A DNA stretch of 24,000 nucleotides from Geothermobacter hydrogeniphilus (GTDB lineage: Bacteria; Desulfobacterota; Desulfuromonadia; Desulfuromonadales; Geothermobacteraceae). The stretch spans positions 12,974-36,973 of the forward strand of contig NZ_PPFX01000035.1 of assembly GCF_002898515.1 (NCBI RefSeq), read 5' to 3'. This document shows, piece after piece, positions 16,077 to 24,000 of this stretch. Positions within the stretch are counted from its first letter, which is position 1, and each line of letters begins with the position of its first letter. A program made the position numbers and the translations under genes. The notes under the pieces were generated by a model. The model worked only from the letters and a program-made list of their open reading frames with translations. It ran no database searches and was not told where the DNA came from.

Positions 16077-17192
16077 TCATTCCTTCCACATCGCCAGCGC
16101 CTCGGCCGCCGTCACCTTGCTTAAGGGCTGGCGCGGTTGCGGTGGCCGGCCGTCGACCCAGGCGGGAAAGAGGGCCTCGGTGCGCCGCTCCCGCGGATAG
16201 ATCTGCACCAGGCCCCGCTGCCGGACATGGGGATGGTCGGGGACCTCGTGCTGTTCCAGAACCGGCTCGAAGCAGCAATCGACCTTGACGAACAGCGACC
16301 GCCAATGCGCCAGCGTCTCGCCGGCGAACAGGGCGGCGACCTCGCCGATCAGCTCGGTCTGCGGCAACGGCTGCCGCTGACGCCCAATCCAGTCCGGTCG
16401 CTCGACCGTCTCGCAGAAACGACGCCAGAACTTTTCCTCGATCGCCCCCAGGGCGACAAACCTGTCATCCGCAGTACGGTAGATCTGGTAGCAGGCCGCC
16501 CCGCCGGTCAGCAGATCCCGACCGCGTCCGAAGGTCTCGCCGGGACGGCCGGCGGCGGTCAGACCGAAGGACTGCCAGGAGAGAGCCATCTCGAACAGGC
16601 TGACATCGATGAACGCCCCACGACCGGTCCGACCGCGACGCAGCAGAGCGGCGAGAATGGTGGTGGCCGCCTGCTTGCCGGCGGCGTAATCACAGATCGG
16701 CGGAAAGGGAATGACTGGCGTCTGCGCGGTGCCGGTCAGGCTGAGCATGCCGCTCATGGCGAGATAGGTCAGGTCGTGCCCGGCGCGCTCGCGACAGGGG
16801 CCGCTCTGACCGAAGCCTGAAAGGGCGCAATGGACCAGGGAGGAGTTGAGCTGCTCAAGGCGCTCACGCCCGAAGCCGAGGCGCTCCAGCACGCCCGGCC
16901 GGTAGGATTCCAGCAGCACGTCGGCCACCCGCACCAGTTCGGCCAGGGACTCCCGCCCCACCGGCGTCTTGAGATCAAGCTCGGCCACCGCCTTACCGGC
17001 ATTGACCTGCTTGTAGAAGGGAGAAACCCCGTCACCGTCGGCCAGGATAAAAGACCGCATCGGGTCACCGGCCGGCGGCTCGACCTTCAGCACCTCGGCG
17101 CCGAGATCTCCGAGCAACTGGGTGGCGAAAGGACCGGGCAGGTACTGGCTGAGGTCGAGAACCCGGATCCCGGTGAGACAATCAGAAAGCAT
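16077..17192 (-). CDS. Family III CoA-transferase (CaiB/BaiF/Frc/racemase family)
   Basis: Contains GIRVLDLSQYLPGPFATQLLGDLGAEVLKVEPPAGDPMR, ESYRPGVLERLGFG and GHDLTYLAMSG. 371 aa. Confidence 0.88.
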   Translation of the reverse strand: MLSDCLTGIRVLDLSQYLPGPFATQLLGDLGAEVLKVEPPAGDPMRSFILADGDGVSPFYKQVNAGKAVAELDLKTPVGRESLAELVRVADVLLESYRPGVLERLGFGRERLEQLNSSLVHCALSGFGQSGPCRERAGHDLTYLAMSGMLSLTGTAQTPVIPFPPICDYAAGKQAATTILAALLRRGRTGRGAFIDVSLFEMALSWQSFGLTAAGRPGETFGRGRDLLTGGAACYQIYRTADDRFVALGAIEEKFWRRFCETVERPDWIGRQRQPLPQTELIGEVAALFAGETLAHWRSLFVKVDCCFEPVLEQHEVPDHPHVRQRGLVQIYPRERRTEALFPAWVDGRPPQPRQPLSKVTAAEALAMWKE

Positions 17193-17207
17193 CAGGCCGC
17201 CGCGAGC

Positions 17208-17765
17208 TCAGTCTTCAAGAGAGAACTCCCAGGCGCACCAGAACTCTTCCGGGTGGGCATCGGGCGGACAGGAGAGGCAGCGGGTCTGGATCCGCGGATC
17301 GATGGTGCGGGCGAACTCGCTGTACTCGACGATTCCCACCGACTTGCAGGGGAAGTCATCCAGCCCCCGGCGCTTGCGCGCCGACTGCACCCGGCAGTCG
17401 ACCATGCGGAACACCGCGCGGCTGTCACTGACCTCGATCGCCTGCTGCAGGTTGAGCCGCGCGTAGAGACGATGTTTGAGGCATTCAAGCAGCGCCGGGA
17501 TGCCGCCGCCCGGCTCGATCCCGAGCCGCGCCATGATCCGTTTGGCCTCGATGACGGTGAACTTCTCCCAGGCGGCCCGGTCGGCCTCGATCGCCACCTC
17601 CATGCCGTGGGTTTTCTCGATCGCCTGGAACCAGAGCCCGTCATGGGCCAGCCAGTTCTTGGCGTCGTCGATAATGATGGCGATCAGTTCCTCTTTGCTG
17701 AGCCGCTTGAGCAACTGGATGCCCTCATCGAAAGGTTCAATGGCGGTTTCGGTCTGGATGGACAT
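17208..17765 (-). CDS. Conserved hypothetical protein with Cys-rich C-terminus (about 185 aa)
   Basis: ATG at 17763-17765 with AAGGAG 7 nt upstream. Contains AKNWLAHDGLWFQAIE and the C-terminal VDC...FPC...RCLSCPPDAHPEEFWCAWEF. It resembles uncharacterised proteins of about 190 aa (possibly DUF6125 or ATC-hydrolase-like; the family call is from memory and unverified). Confidence 0.6.
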   Translation of the reverse strand: MSIQTETAIEPFDEGIQLLKRLSKEELIAIIIDDAKNWLAHDGLWFQAIEKTHGMEVAIEADRAAWEKFTVIEAKRIMARLGIEPGGGIPALLECLKHRLYARLNLQQAIEVSDSRAVFRMVDCRVQSARKRRGLDDFPCKSVGIVEYSEFARTIDPRIQTRCLSCPPDAHPEEFWCAWEFSLED

Positions 17766-17799
17766 GGGATCTCCTTTGGCAGAAAAGAAAAGCATTGGG

Positions 17800-17976
17800 C
17801 CGCCAAGACGCCAAGGACTCCAAGAAGGTCAAAACCTGCTTTACTGCAGAGACGGAGAGGAGCAGAGATCGGAGAGAAACCTGTTGGGGTTTATAAAACT
17901 CAAGCCAGAATTGGCTGAACTTTGCGTTCGCTCCCGCTCCGCGGCTCTCCGTTGAAAAGGTTTTCTTGGTGTCCTG
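17800..17976. repeat. Palindromic intergenic repeat, copy 1 (diverged); core 17841..17956
   Basis: Layout: CCAAGR-rich flank; TTACTGCAGAGacggagaggagcagagatcggagagaaa; AT-rich centre (TTTATAAAACTCAAGCC); pyrimidine arm ending CTCTCCGTTGAA; cttggtgtcctg flank. About 80% identical over 78 nt to the reverse complement of 19375..19452. Confidence 0.7.
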
Positions 17977-17989
17977 TTCACAAACATTC

Positions 17990-19225
17990 CTATTCAATCT
18001 CCCGCTGATCGTCAATCACCTTGCCGTCGTTGGGCAGGCTGCCGGGGGCGACGAATTCGACCTCGCCGCGCAGCTTGGTCAGCTCGCGGATCGAGTCGCG
18101 CAGGGCGGACGCCAATCCATCCGCGGCAACGGCGGATTCAGCCCGTAGCAGCATGTGGTCCTGGTCGTCCTGTCGGGTCACCACCAGCCGCCCGCGGCCG
18201 AGTTCCGGGTGGCGCTTGAGGATGGCGTCGACCTGCTGCGGATGCACGAACATGCCACGCACCTTGGTGGTCTGGTCGGCCCGCCCCAGCCAGCCCTTGA
18301 TGCGCAGATTGGTGCGGCCGCAGGGGCTGGCTCCCGGCAGGATGGCGGAAAGATCGCCGGTGGCGAAACGGATCAGCGGATAATCGGGATTGAGGCTGGT
18401 CACCACCACCTCGCCGACCTCCCCTGCCGGTACCGGGTCACCGCTGCCGGGGCGGACGATCTCGAGAACAATTCCCTCGTCGACGATCATCCCTTCCAGC
18501 GCCTCAGACTCGTAGGCGATCAGGCCGAGATCGGCGGTGGCGTAGCACTGGCGGACGCTGATGCCGCGCTGCGCCATCCCCTCACGCAGGCTCGGCGGCA
18601 GGTACTCACCGGAAACCAGCGCCGTCTCCAGGCACGACAGGTCGCTGCCGAGATCTGCAGCCTTGTCGAGAATCAGCTTCAGAAAGGACGGCGTACCAAC
18701 ATAGCCGCGCGGCCGGATGTGGCCCATCACCTGCACCTGCAGCTCGGTCTGGCCGACCCCGGCCGGCACCGTAGCACAGCCGAGCGCCCGGGCGCCGGAT
18801 TCGAACATCATCCCGGCCGGAGTGAAGTGGTAGGAGAAACAGTTGTGAATGATGTCGCCGGAACGGAACCCGGCGGCATACAGGGCGCGGGCAAAGCGCC
18901 AGAAATCGGGACGGGTCGAGCCGGGCTCGAAGATCGGCCCCGGGGAAGCGAAGATCTGGCACAACTCCGGCGGCTTAACCCCGGTCAGCCCGCCGAAGAC
19001 CGGCTGTCCCTGCTGACGCTCGATCAGCTCCGTCTTGCGCAGCAACGGCAGCTTCGCCAGCGCCGCGCGGTCGGTCACCTGCTGGCCGTCGACGCCCCGC
19101 AGCGTCTCGGCGAAGGCCGGGGCACTGCTTTTGGCGTGGTCGATCTGATCGGCCAGGCAGGCGAACAGGTCGGCTTCGCGCTGTTCGGGGGTGCGGGTTT
19201 CGAGGTTGTCGTAGTAGTCGGACAT
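17990..19225 (-). CDS. Phenylacetate-CoA ligase (PaaK)-like ANL-family protein with non-canonical P-loop
   Basis: Collinear with the PaaK family: FSYHFTPAGMMFESGA, VPAGVGQTELQ, GTPSFLKLIL, YATADLG, IRFATGDL and C-terminal NDGKVID. ASPGPIFEPG replaces the SSGTTGKP motif. I prefer the start at ATG 19223-19225 (GGAGA RBS) over 19237. Confidence 0.8.
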   Translation of the reverse strand: MSDYYDNLETRTPEQREADLFACLADQIDHAKSSAPAFAETLRGVDGQQVTDRAALAKLPLLRKTELIERQQGQPVFGGLTGVKPPELCQIFASPGPIFEPGSTRPDFWRFARALYAAGFRSGDIIHNCFSYHFTPAGMMFESGARALGCATVPAGVGQTELQVQVMGHIRPRGYVGTPSFLKLILDKAADLGSDLSCLETALVSGEYLPPSLREGMAQRGISVRQCYATADLGLIAYESEALEGMIVDEGIVLEIVRPGSGDPVPAGEVGEVVVTSLNPDYPLIRFATGDLSAILPGASPCGRTNLRIKGWLGRADQTTKVRGMFVHPQQVDAILKRHPELGRGRLVVTRQDDQDHMLLRAESAVAADGLASALRDSIRELTKLRGEVEFVAPGSLPNDGKVIDDQREIE

Positions 19226-19276
19226 GAGGGTCTCCATTGAAAAAATTCTTCAGGCCGCCCGCTCGCTCTGCTCGCT

Positions 19277-19452
19277 CAAGACGCCAGAAAAATCTATTTT
19301 AACGCAGAGGCACCGAGATGAAGAGACGCTGAGAAAAGCAAACTCTATTTACAAAACCCTTAAAATGATTTGTTTTTTCTCCCACCTCTGCTCCTCTCCG
19401 TCTCTGCGTTAAGAAGCCTTTGCCCCTCTTGGCGCCCTTGGCGTCCTGGCGG
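19277..19452. repeat. Palindromic intergenic repeat, copy 2 (archetype); core 19299..19412
   Basis: Perfect 11-bp terminal inverted repeats: TTAACGCAGAG (19299-19309) and CTCTGCGTTAA (19402-19412). Imperfectly complementary purine and pyrimidine arms of about 30 nt flank an AT-rich centre. CAAGACGCCAG / CTTGGCG..CTGGCGG flanks. Confidence 0.75.
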
Positions 19453-19463
19453 CAATCCGGCTT

Positions 19464-20300
<837 letters not shown>

Positions 20301-20382
20301 GGGGTTCTCCTTGGCAAGACAGAATGCAGGAGTCAGGAGTCAGCAGGGAGAACCTTCTGACCCCTCACTTCCAAATTCTGCC

Positions 20383-20405
20383 CGGCGGGGGCAAAGCCCC
20401 CGCCG
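20383..20405 (-). other. Very stable stem-loop in the SBP-livF spacer (attenuator or mRNA-stability hairpin candidate)
   Basis: CGGCGGGGGC-AAA-GCCCCCGCCG is a perfect 10-bp GC stem. On the minus strand it is followed only by a weak U-tract (GGCAGAATTTGG). Confidence 0.45.
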
Positions 20406-20551
20406 AACATAACCTCTAGTAGAACGGTTTCAGAAACGAGCAATTTTGCGCAAGGTCAAGGAAGCCGAGCATCTGCGCGGAGGCGTAGCAGCGCTACGCC
20501 GCACAAGCAGACGCACAGGCTGACGCAGAGATTGCGTAAAAGAGCCGTTTC

Positions 20552-21796
20552 CTACCAGCCCAGCCATTCCGGCCGGCGCGGCACCTCAACGGTCGCCAGC
20601 TTGGTCATCTTGAAATCGCCACCGTTGTACTTGCTGGTGTAGACATTGACCAGGTTCATGCCGCGATGATCCTCGGCGGTCCAGGTCGAGGGGGAGCAGA
20701 CCCCTTCAAGACCGGCCGGTACGAAGTTCTTCATCGATTCGAAGCCCTTCTTGATGTTCTCGCCGGTGATGGCACCCATGGCATCGGCCTTGAGCATCGC
20801 TTCCTTCATCAGGAAGGTGCCGCAGACGCCGCGGATGTAGTGCAGCATGCGCGGTTTCTTGCCGCTCGGGTCGGACATCTTGGAGACTTCGCGGAGGGTC
20901 TTCATGCCAGGCGCGTCGTCTTCCCAGGTCGCGGCGCCGACCACCCAGGCGATGCCGTCGCCGGCGGCACCGGTAGCCTTGATGGAGTTCTCGTCCCAGC
21001 CCCAGATATTGGTCAGGAACTGGGTCTTGACACCGACGGTGCTGCAGGACTTGAGCAGCGAGATGTTGGAACTGGAGGTGTTGGCGAGATAGGCGTAATC
21101 GGCCCCGGAGTCCTTCAGCGACAGGCACTGGGCCTTGGCGTCGGCCGGCTTCAGAGAATAAACGATGGAGGGCTCGACCTCAAAACCGAGTTCTTTGGCG
21201 TAGGCAGCGCAGGCGGCCTTGGGGGCGTTCGGATAGGGATGATTGTCGCCCATGTGGATGAACTTCGGCTTGCCCGATTTGCCTTTCGCCTTCCAGTCAT
21301 CGGCCGCCCACTGCACCAGACCGCGGCAGGCGTCGGAGTAGGAGGGGCCGTAAAAGAAGTTGTAGGGGGCGGCCGATTTGCTCTTCGGACCCTTGCCGGT
21401 CGGGTCGGTCAGGTGACCGGAGTAGGAGGCGGAAATGTAGGTGACCTTGTCCTTGGCGATGAACTTGACCAGCGCCTCGGTGTCAGCGGTGCCCCAGCCC
21501 TGGATGGCGACCGGCTTCAGCGATGACATCCACTTCTTGTAAGTCGCCACCGCGCGCGGCGCGTTGTAGGAATAATCGACAGTTTTGTACTTGATCTGCT
21601 TGCCGTTGATGCCGCCATGCTTGTTGATATAGGCGAGGGCGTCGTCAATCCCGTTGCCGAAGGGGATGCCGACCCCCGACGTCGGCCCGGTGTAGGCCGC
21701 GAGATGGCCGACCGGAATGGTGTCGGCGGCCAGGGTGCTGCCGGCGAACGCCAGTGAAGCAACCAGTAAACTGCCCAGAATGATCGATTTGCGCAT
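20552..21796 (-). CDS. LIV-family (Peripla_BP_6) ABC transporter periplasmic substrate-binding protein
   Basis: Signal peptide MRKSIILGSLLVASLAFAGSTLA|AD, then IPVGHLAAYTGPTSGVGIPFGNG..DALAYIN and other family features. ATG at 21794-21796 with a GGGAGGAAG RBS. Confidence 0.85.
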   Translation of the reverse strand: MRKSIILGSLLVASLAFAGSTLAADTIPVGHLAAYTGPTSGVGIPFGNGIDDALAYINKHGGINGKQIKYKTVDYSYNAPRAVATYKKWMSSLKPVAIQGWGTADTEALVKFIAKDKVTYISASYSGHLTDPTGKGPKSKSAAPYNFFYGPSYSDACRGLVQWAADDWKAKGKSGKPKFIHMGDNHPYPNAPKAACAAYAKELGFEVEPSIVYSLKPADAKAQCLSLKDSGADYAYLANTSSSNISLLKSCSTVGVKTQFLTNIWGWDENSIKATGAAGDGIAWVVGAATWEDDAPGMKTLREVSKMSDPSGKKPRMLHYIRGVCGTFLMKEAMLKADAMGAITGENIKKGFESMKNFVPAGLEGVCSPSTWTAEDHRGMNLVNVYTSKYNGGDFKMTKLATVEVPRRPEWLGW

Positions 21797-21874
21797 TGTC
21801 TTCCTCCCTTGAAGTGAACAGCTGGCCCGCAATGCGGGACGGTTAGGTGGAACGGTCGTGCACAGGCTCCCGAT

Positions 21875-22942
21875 TCAATATGAGAAGGGATAGAGCTTCC
21901 AGTAGGCCTTGATCATTTTCCAGCGATGAGCCAGGCCGTCCGGTTCGAAAATCAGAAAAAGAATGATCGCCAGGCCGATCGACATCTCCTTGATGTAGGC
22001 CAGCGCCTGCATCAGTCCCGACGAACCGTGGCCGAACAGTCCGACGCCGCCTTCCATCAGTTCCGGCAGCAGCACCATGAAGGCGGTTCCCATCAGGGTG
22101 CCCTGCACCGAGCCCATGCCGCCGATGATGATCATGCCGAGGAACTGGATCGACAGCAGCAGGGTGAACCCCTCGGCCGAAACGAAACCGAGATAATGAC
22201 CGAACAGGGCGCCGCCGACCCCGGCGTAAAAGGAGGAGATGCCGAAGGAGAGGATGCGGTACTTGGTCAGGTTGATGCCCATGATCTCGGCGGAAAGGTA
22301 ATGATCGCGCACGGCAATAAAGGCCCGGCCGTCACGGGTGCGCAGCAGGTTGGTACCGAACAGGAACATCAGCACGACATAGAACAGCACCACGTACCAG
22401 TAACGCTGGTCATTGTTGAACTCGAAACCGAAAATCGTGAACGGGTTCGCCATCGCCCCGTAGGCGCCGCCGGTGAACCAGTCGGCGCGGGAGAAGAAAT
22501 CCTCCAGAATGTACTGCGAGGCCAGGGTCGCGATCGCCAGGTAGAGTCCCTTGATGCGACCGGCCGGGATGCCGACGATCAGGCCGACCGCCATGGTCAT
22601 CGCTCCGGCCAGCGGGATGCAGAAGAAGACCGGCAACCCGGTGGCGTTGTTCAACCAGGCCGAGGCGAAGGCGCCGAAACCAAAGAAGGCGGCGTGACCG
22701 AGGGAAATCTGACCGGTGAAACCGACGACAATATTGAGCCCCAGAGCGGCGATGCCGTAATAACCGATCTGGATGCCGAGATTGAGGAAATAGGAATTCA
22801 GAAAAGTCGGTGCCAGCAGCAGAAAAATGACCGCCGCGATCGCCGTGCGACGCGCCAGCGGCGTCGGAAAGATGGTCGTATCCTGAATATAGGTGGAGCG
22901 GAACTCTCCACAATTCATACGTGCGTGGGCAGATGAAGACAT
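21875..22942 (-). CDS. livM: Branched-chain-amino-acid-type ABC transporter permease (LivM-like)
   Basis: Multi-TM protein with GLNIVVGFTGQISLGHAAFFGFGAF and GINLTKYRILSF. The start lies 3 nt after the livH stop. Confidence 0.85.
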   Translation of the reverse strand: MSSSAHARMNCGEFRSTYIQDTTIFPTPLARRTAIAAVIFLLLAPTFLNSYFLNLGIQIGYYGIAALGLNIVVGFTGQISLGHAAFFGFGAFASAWLNNATGLPVFFCIPLAGAMTMAVGLIVGIPAGRIKGLYLAIATLASQYILEDFFSRADWFTGGAYGAMANPFTIFGFEFNNDQRYWYVVLFYVVLMFLFGTNLLRTRDGRAFIAVRDHYLSAEIMGINLTKYRILSFGISSFYAGVGGALFGHYLGFVSAEGFTLLLSIQFLGMIIIGGMGSVQGTLMGTAFMVLLPELMEGGVGLFGHGSSGLMQALAYIKEMSIGLAIILFLIFEPDGLAHRWKMIKAYWKLYPFSY

Positions 22943-22945
22943 GAA

Positions 22946-23839
22946 TCAGATCCTCTCGATATCCTTGGTGCCGAACAGGCCGTAGGGCTTGATCATCAGG
23001 ATCACCACCAGGGCGTAGAAGGGGGCGATGGTGTACATGTTGCCGAGATGCAGCCACTGGCTGTCGACGAATTCCGCCAGGTTTTCCAGCACACCGATAA
23101 TCAGGCCGCCGACGATCGCACCGACGATCGAGTCGAGCCCGCCGAGAATAACCACCGGAAAAACCTTGATGCCGAAGAAGGAGAGCGCCGAAGAGACGCC
23201 GTTAACCATGCCGACCACCACTCCCGCCATGGCCGAAACCAGTGCCGAAATCGCCCAGGCGGCGGCGAATACCTTCTTCACCGAGATGCCGAGGCTCTGG
23301 GCCACCTGCTGATCGAAGGCGGTGGCGCGCATCGCCAGGCCGAGCCGGGAATACTTGAAGAAATAGTAGAAGCCGATCATGATCACCACCGAAATGACCA
23401 GGCTCATGATGTAGGCGGTCTGAATCTGCAAACCGAGCAGGTTGATCGACTCGGTCTCGAAAACCCGCGGGAAGGGCTTGGCGTAGACGCCGAAAATCCA
23501 GCCCATCAGCGACTGGAAGAACATCGACAGGCCGATGGTGACCATGATCACCGAGATGATCGGCTCGCCGATCAACGGTCTTAAAACCACCATCTGCAGC
23601 ACAATGCCGAAGATCACCATGAAGGCGAGGGTGATCGGAAAACCGAGCCAGAAGGGAAGATGGAACTTGACCAGCAGCGCCCAGCAGGTCCAGGCGCCGA
23701 TCAGCAGGAACTCGCCCTGGGCGAAGTTGACCACCTGGGTCGACTTGTAGATCAGCACAAAACACATCGCCACCACCCCGTAAAGGGTGCCGACAATCAG
23801 GCCGTTGACGATCAGCTGGGTAAGCAGTTCAAAATTCAT
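22946..23839 (-). CDS. livH: Branched-chain-amino-acid-type ABC transporter permease (LivH-like)
   Basis: Contains LIVNGLIVGTLYGVVAMCFVLIYKSTQVVNFAQGEF and RLGLAMRATAFDQQVAQSLGI. AAGGAGA RBS. Confidence 0.88.
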   Translation of the reverse strand: MNFELLTQLIVNGLIVGTLYGVVAMCFVLIYKSTQVVNFAQGEFLLIGAWTCWALLVKFHLPFWLGFPITLAFMVIFGIVLQMVVLRPLIGEPIISVIMVTIGLSMFFQSLMGWIFGVYAKPFPRVFETESINLLGLQIQTAYIMSLVISVVIMIGFYYFFKYSRLGLAMRATAFDQQVAQSLGISVKKVFAAAWAISALVSAMAGVVVGMVNGVSSALSFFGIKVFPVVILGGLDSIVGAIVGGLIIGVLENLAEFVDSQWLHLGNMYTIAPFYALVVILMIKPYGLFGTKDIERI

Positions 23840-23877
23840 GCTGTCTCCTTTGACATCCTTACGCCCTTAAACCTTTC

Positions 23878-23992
23878 TTAACGCAGAGTCGCAGAGAGGG
23901 AGAGCTCGTAGAGAAAAGCCGGTTACACTTTTGACTTTTTCAAAATCAAGCAGTCCCTCTCCGCCTCTGCCTCTCTTGCGCCTCAGCGTTAA
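23878..23992. repeat. Palindromic intergenic repeat, copy 3 (core); any outer flank is cut by the window edge
   Basis: TTAACGCAGAGtcgcagagagggagagctcgtagagaaaagc ... CTCAGCGTTAA. It has the same 115-bp layout and a similar AT-rich centre (TTTTTCAAAATCAAGC). It starts 39 bp upstream of the livH ATG. Confidence 0.75.
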
Positions 23993-24000
23993 AAACTTAC

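Noticed and set aside
17790-17805. Sigma54-like motif on the minus strand (TGGCGGcccaaTGCTT) upstream of the Cys-rich ORF
   Set aside because: The GG-to-GC spacing is one nucleotide too short, and the motif lies only about 15-35 nt from the ATG, colliding with the RBS.
19417-19426. GGGGCAAAGG (minus strand) plus the nearby ACGCAGAG, which reminded me of the GGGCAAACC / GGGACGCAAAGCC core of GEMM-I cyclic-dinucleotide riboswitches
   Set aside because: The order, spacing and pairing partners of the GEMM-I P1/P2 helices are absent. The similarity is limited to short GA-rich words inside the repeat flank.
20312-20328. Plus-strand TGGCAAgacagaaTGCA sigma54-like motif
   Set aside because: The spacing is off by one, and it points into the antisense of the SBP gene with no plus-strand gene downstream.

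Overview
GC-rich (about 60%) bacterial chromosomal window. The gene content suggests an anaerobic, sigma54-rich proteobacterium; Desulfuromonadales/Geobacter-like is only my guess. Nearly all real genes are on the minus strand, and the long plus-strand ORFs in the track are GC-driven shadow ORFs. Left end (1-3.9 kb): partial pcm, a short stack of coupled small ORFs, an aconitase N-terminal remnant, and an oxidative-stress group (yqjG-type glutathionyl-hydroquinone reductase, rubrerythrin, Fur/PerR-family repressor with a candidate promoter and operator). From 3.9 kb to the right edge lies one large co-directional catabolic supercluster. In transcription order on the minus strand it runs: LIV-type ABC transporter (livH, livM, SBP, livF), a PaaK-like ligase with a degenerate P-loop, a Cys-rich hypothetical protein, a family III CoA-transferase, enoyl-CoA hydratase, a class IV aminotransferase, an XRE-cupin regulator, a TyrR/PhhR-like sigma54 activator, a porGDAB-type 2-oxoacid:ferredoxin oxidoreductase operon, a second XRE-cupin regulator and an acyl-CoA synthetase. 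A plus-strand BI-1/YccA gene interrupts the cluster. Most notable points: (1) in the oxidoreductase operon the gamma and delta subunits are fused around a GltD-like FAD/NAD(P) module; (2) a textbook sigma54 -24/-12 element with three TGGAA-N8-TTCCA boxes lies upstream of that operon; (3) a family of about 115-bp palindromic intergenic repeats with TTAACGCAGAG termini occurs in three clear copies; (4) nested CCTGAATCAGTGAAT inverted repeats lie between rbr and yqjG. I recognised no rRNA, tRNA, CRISPR, transposase, integrase, phage or defence genes.
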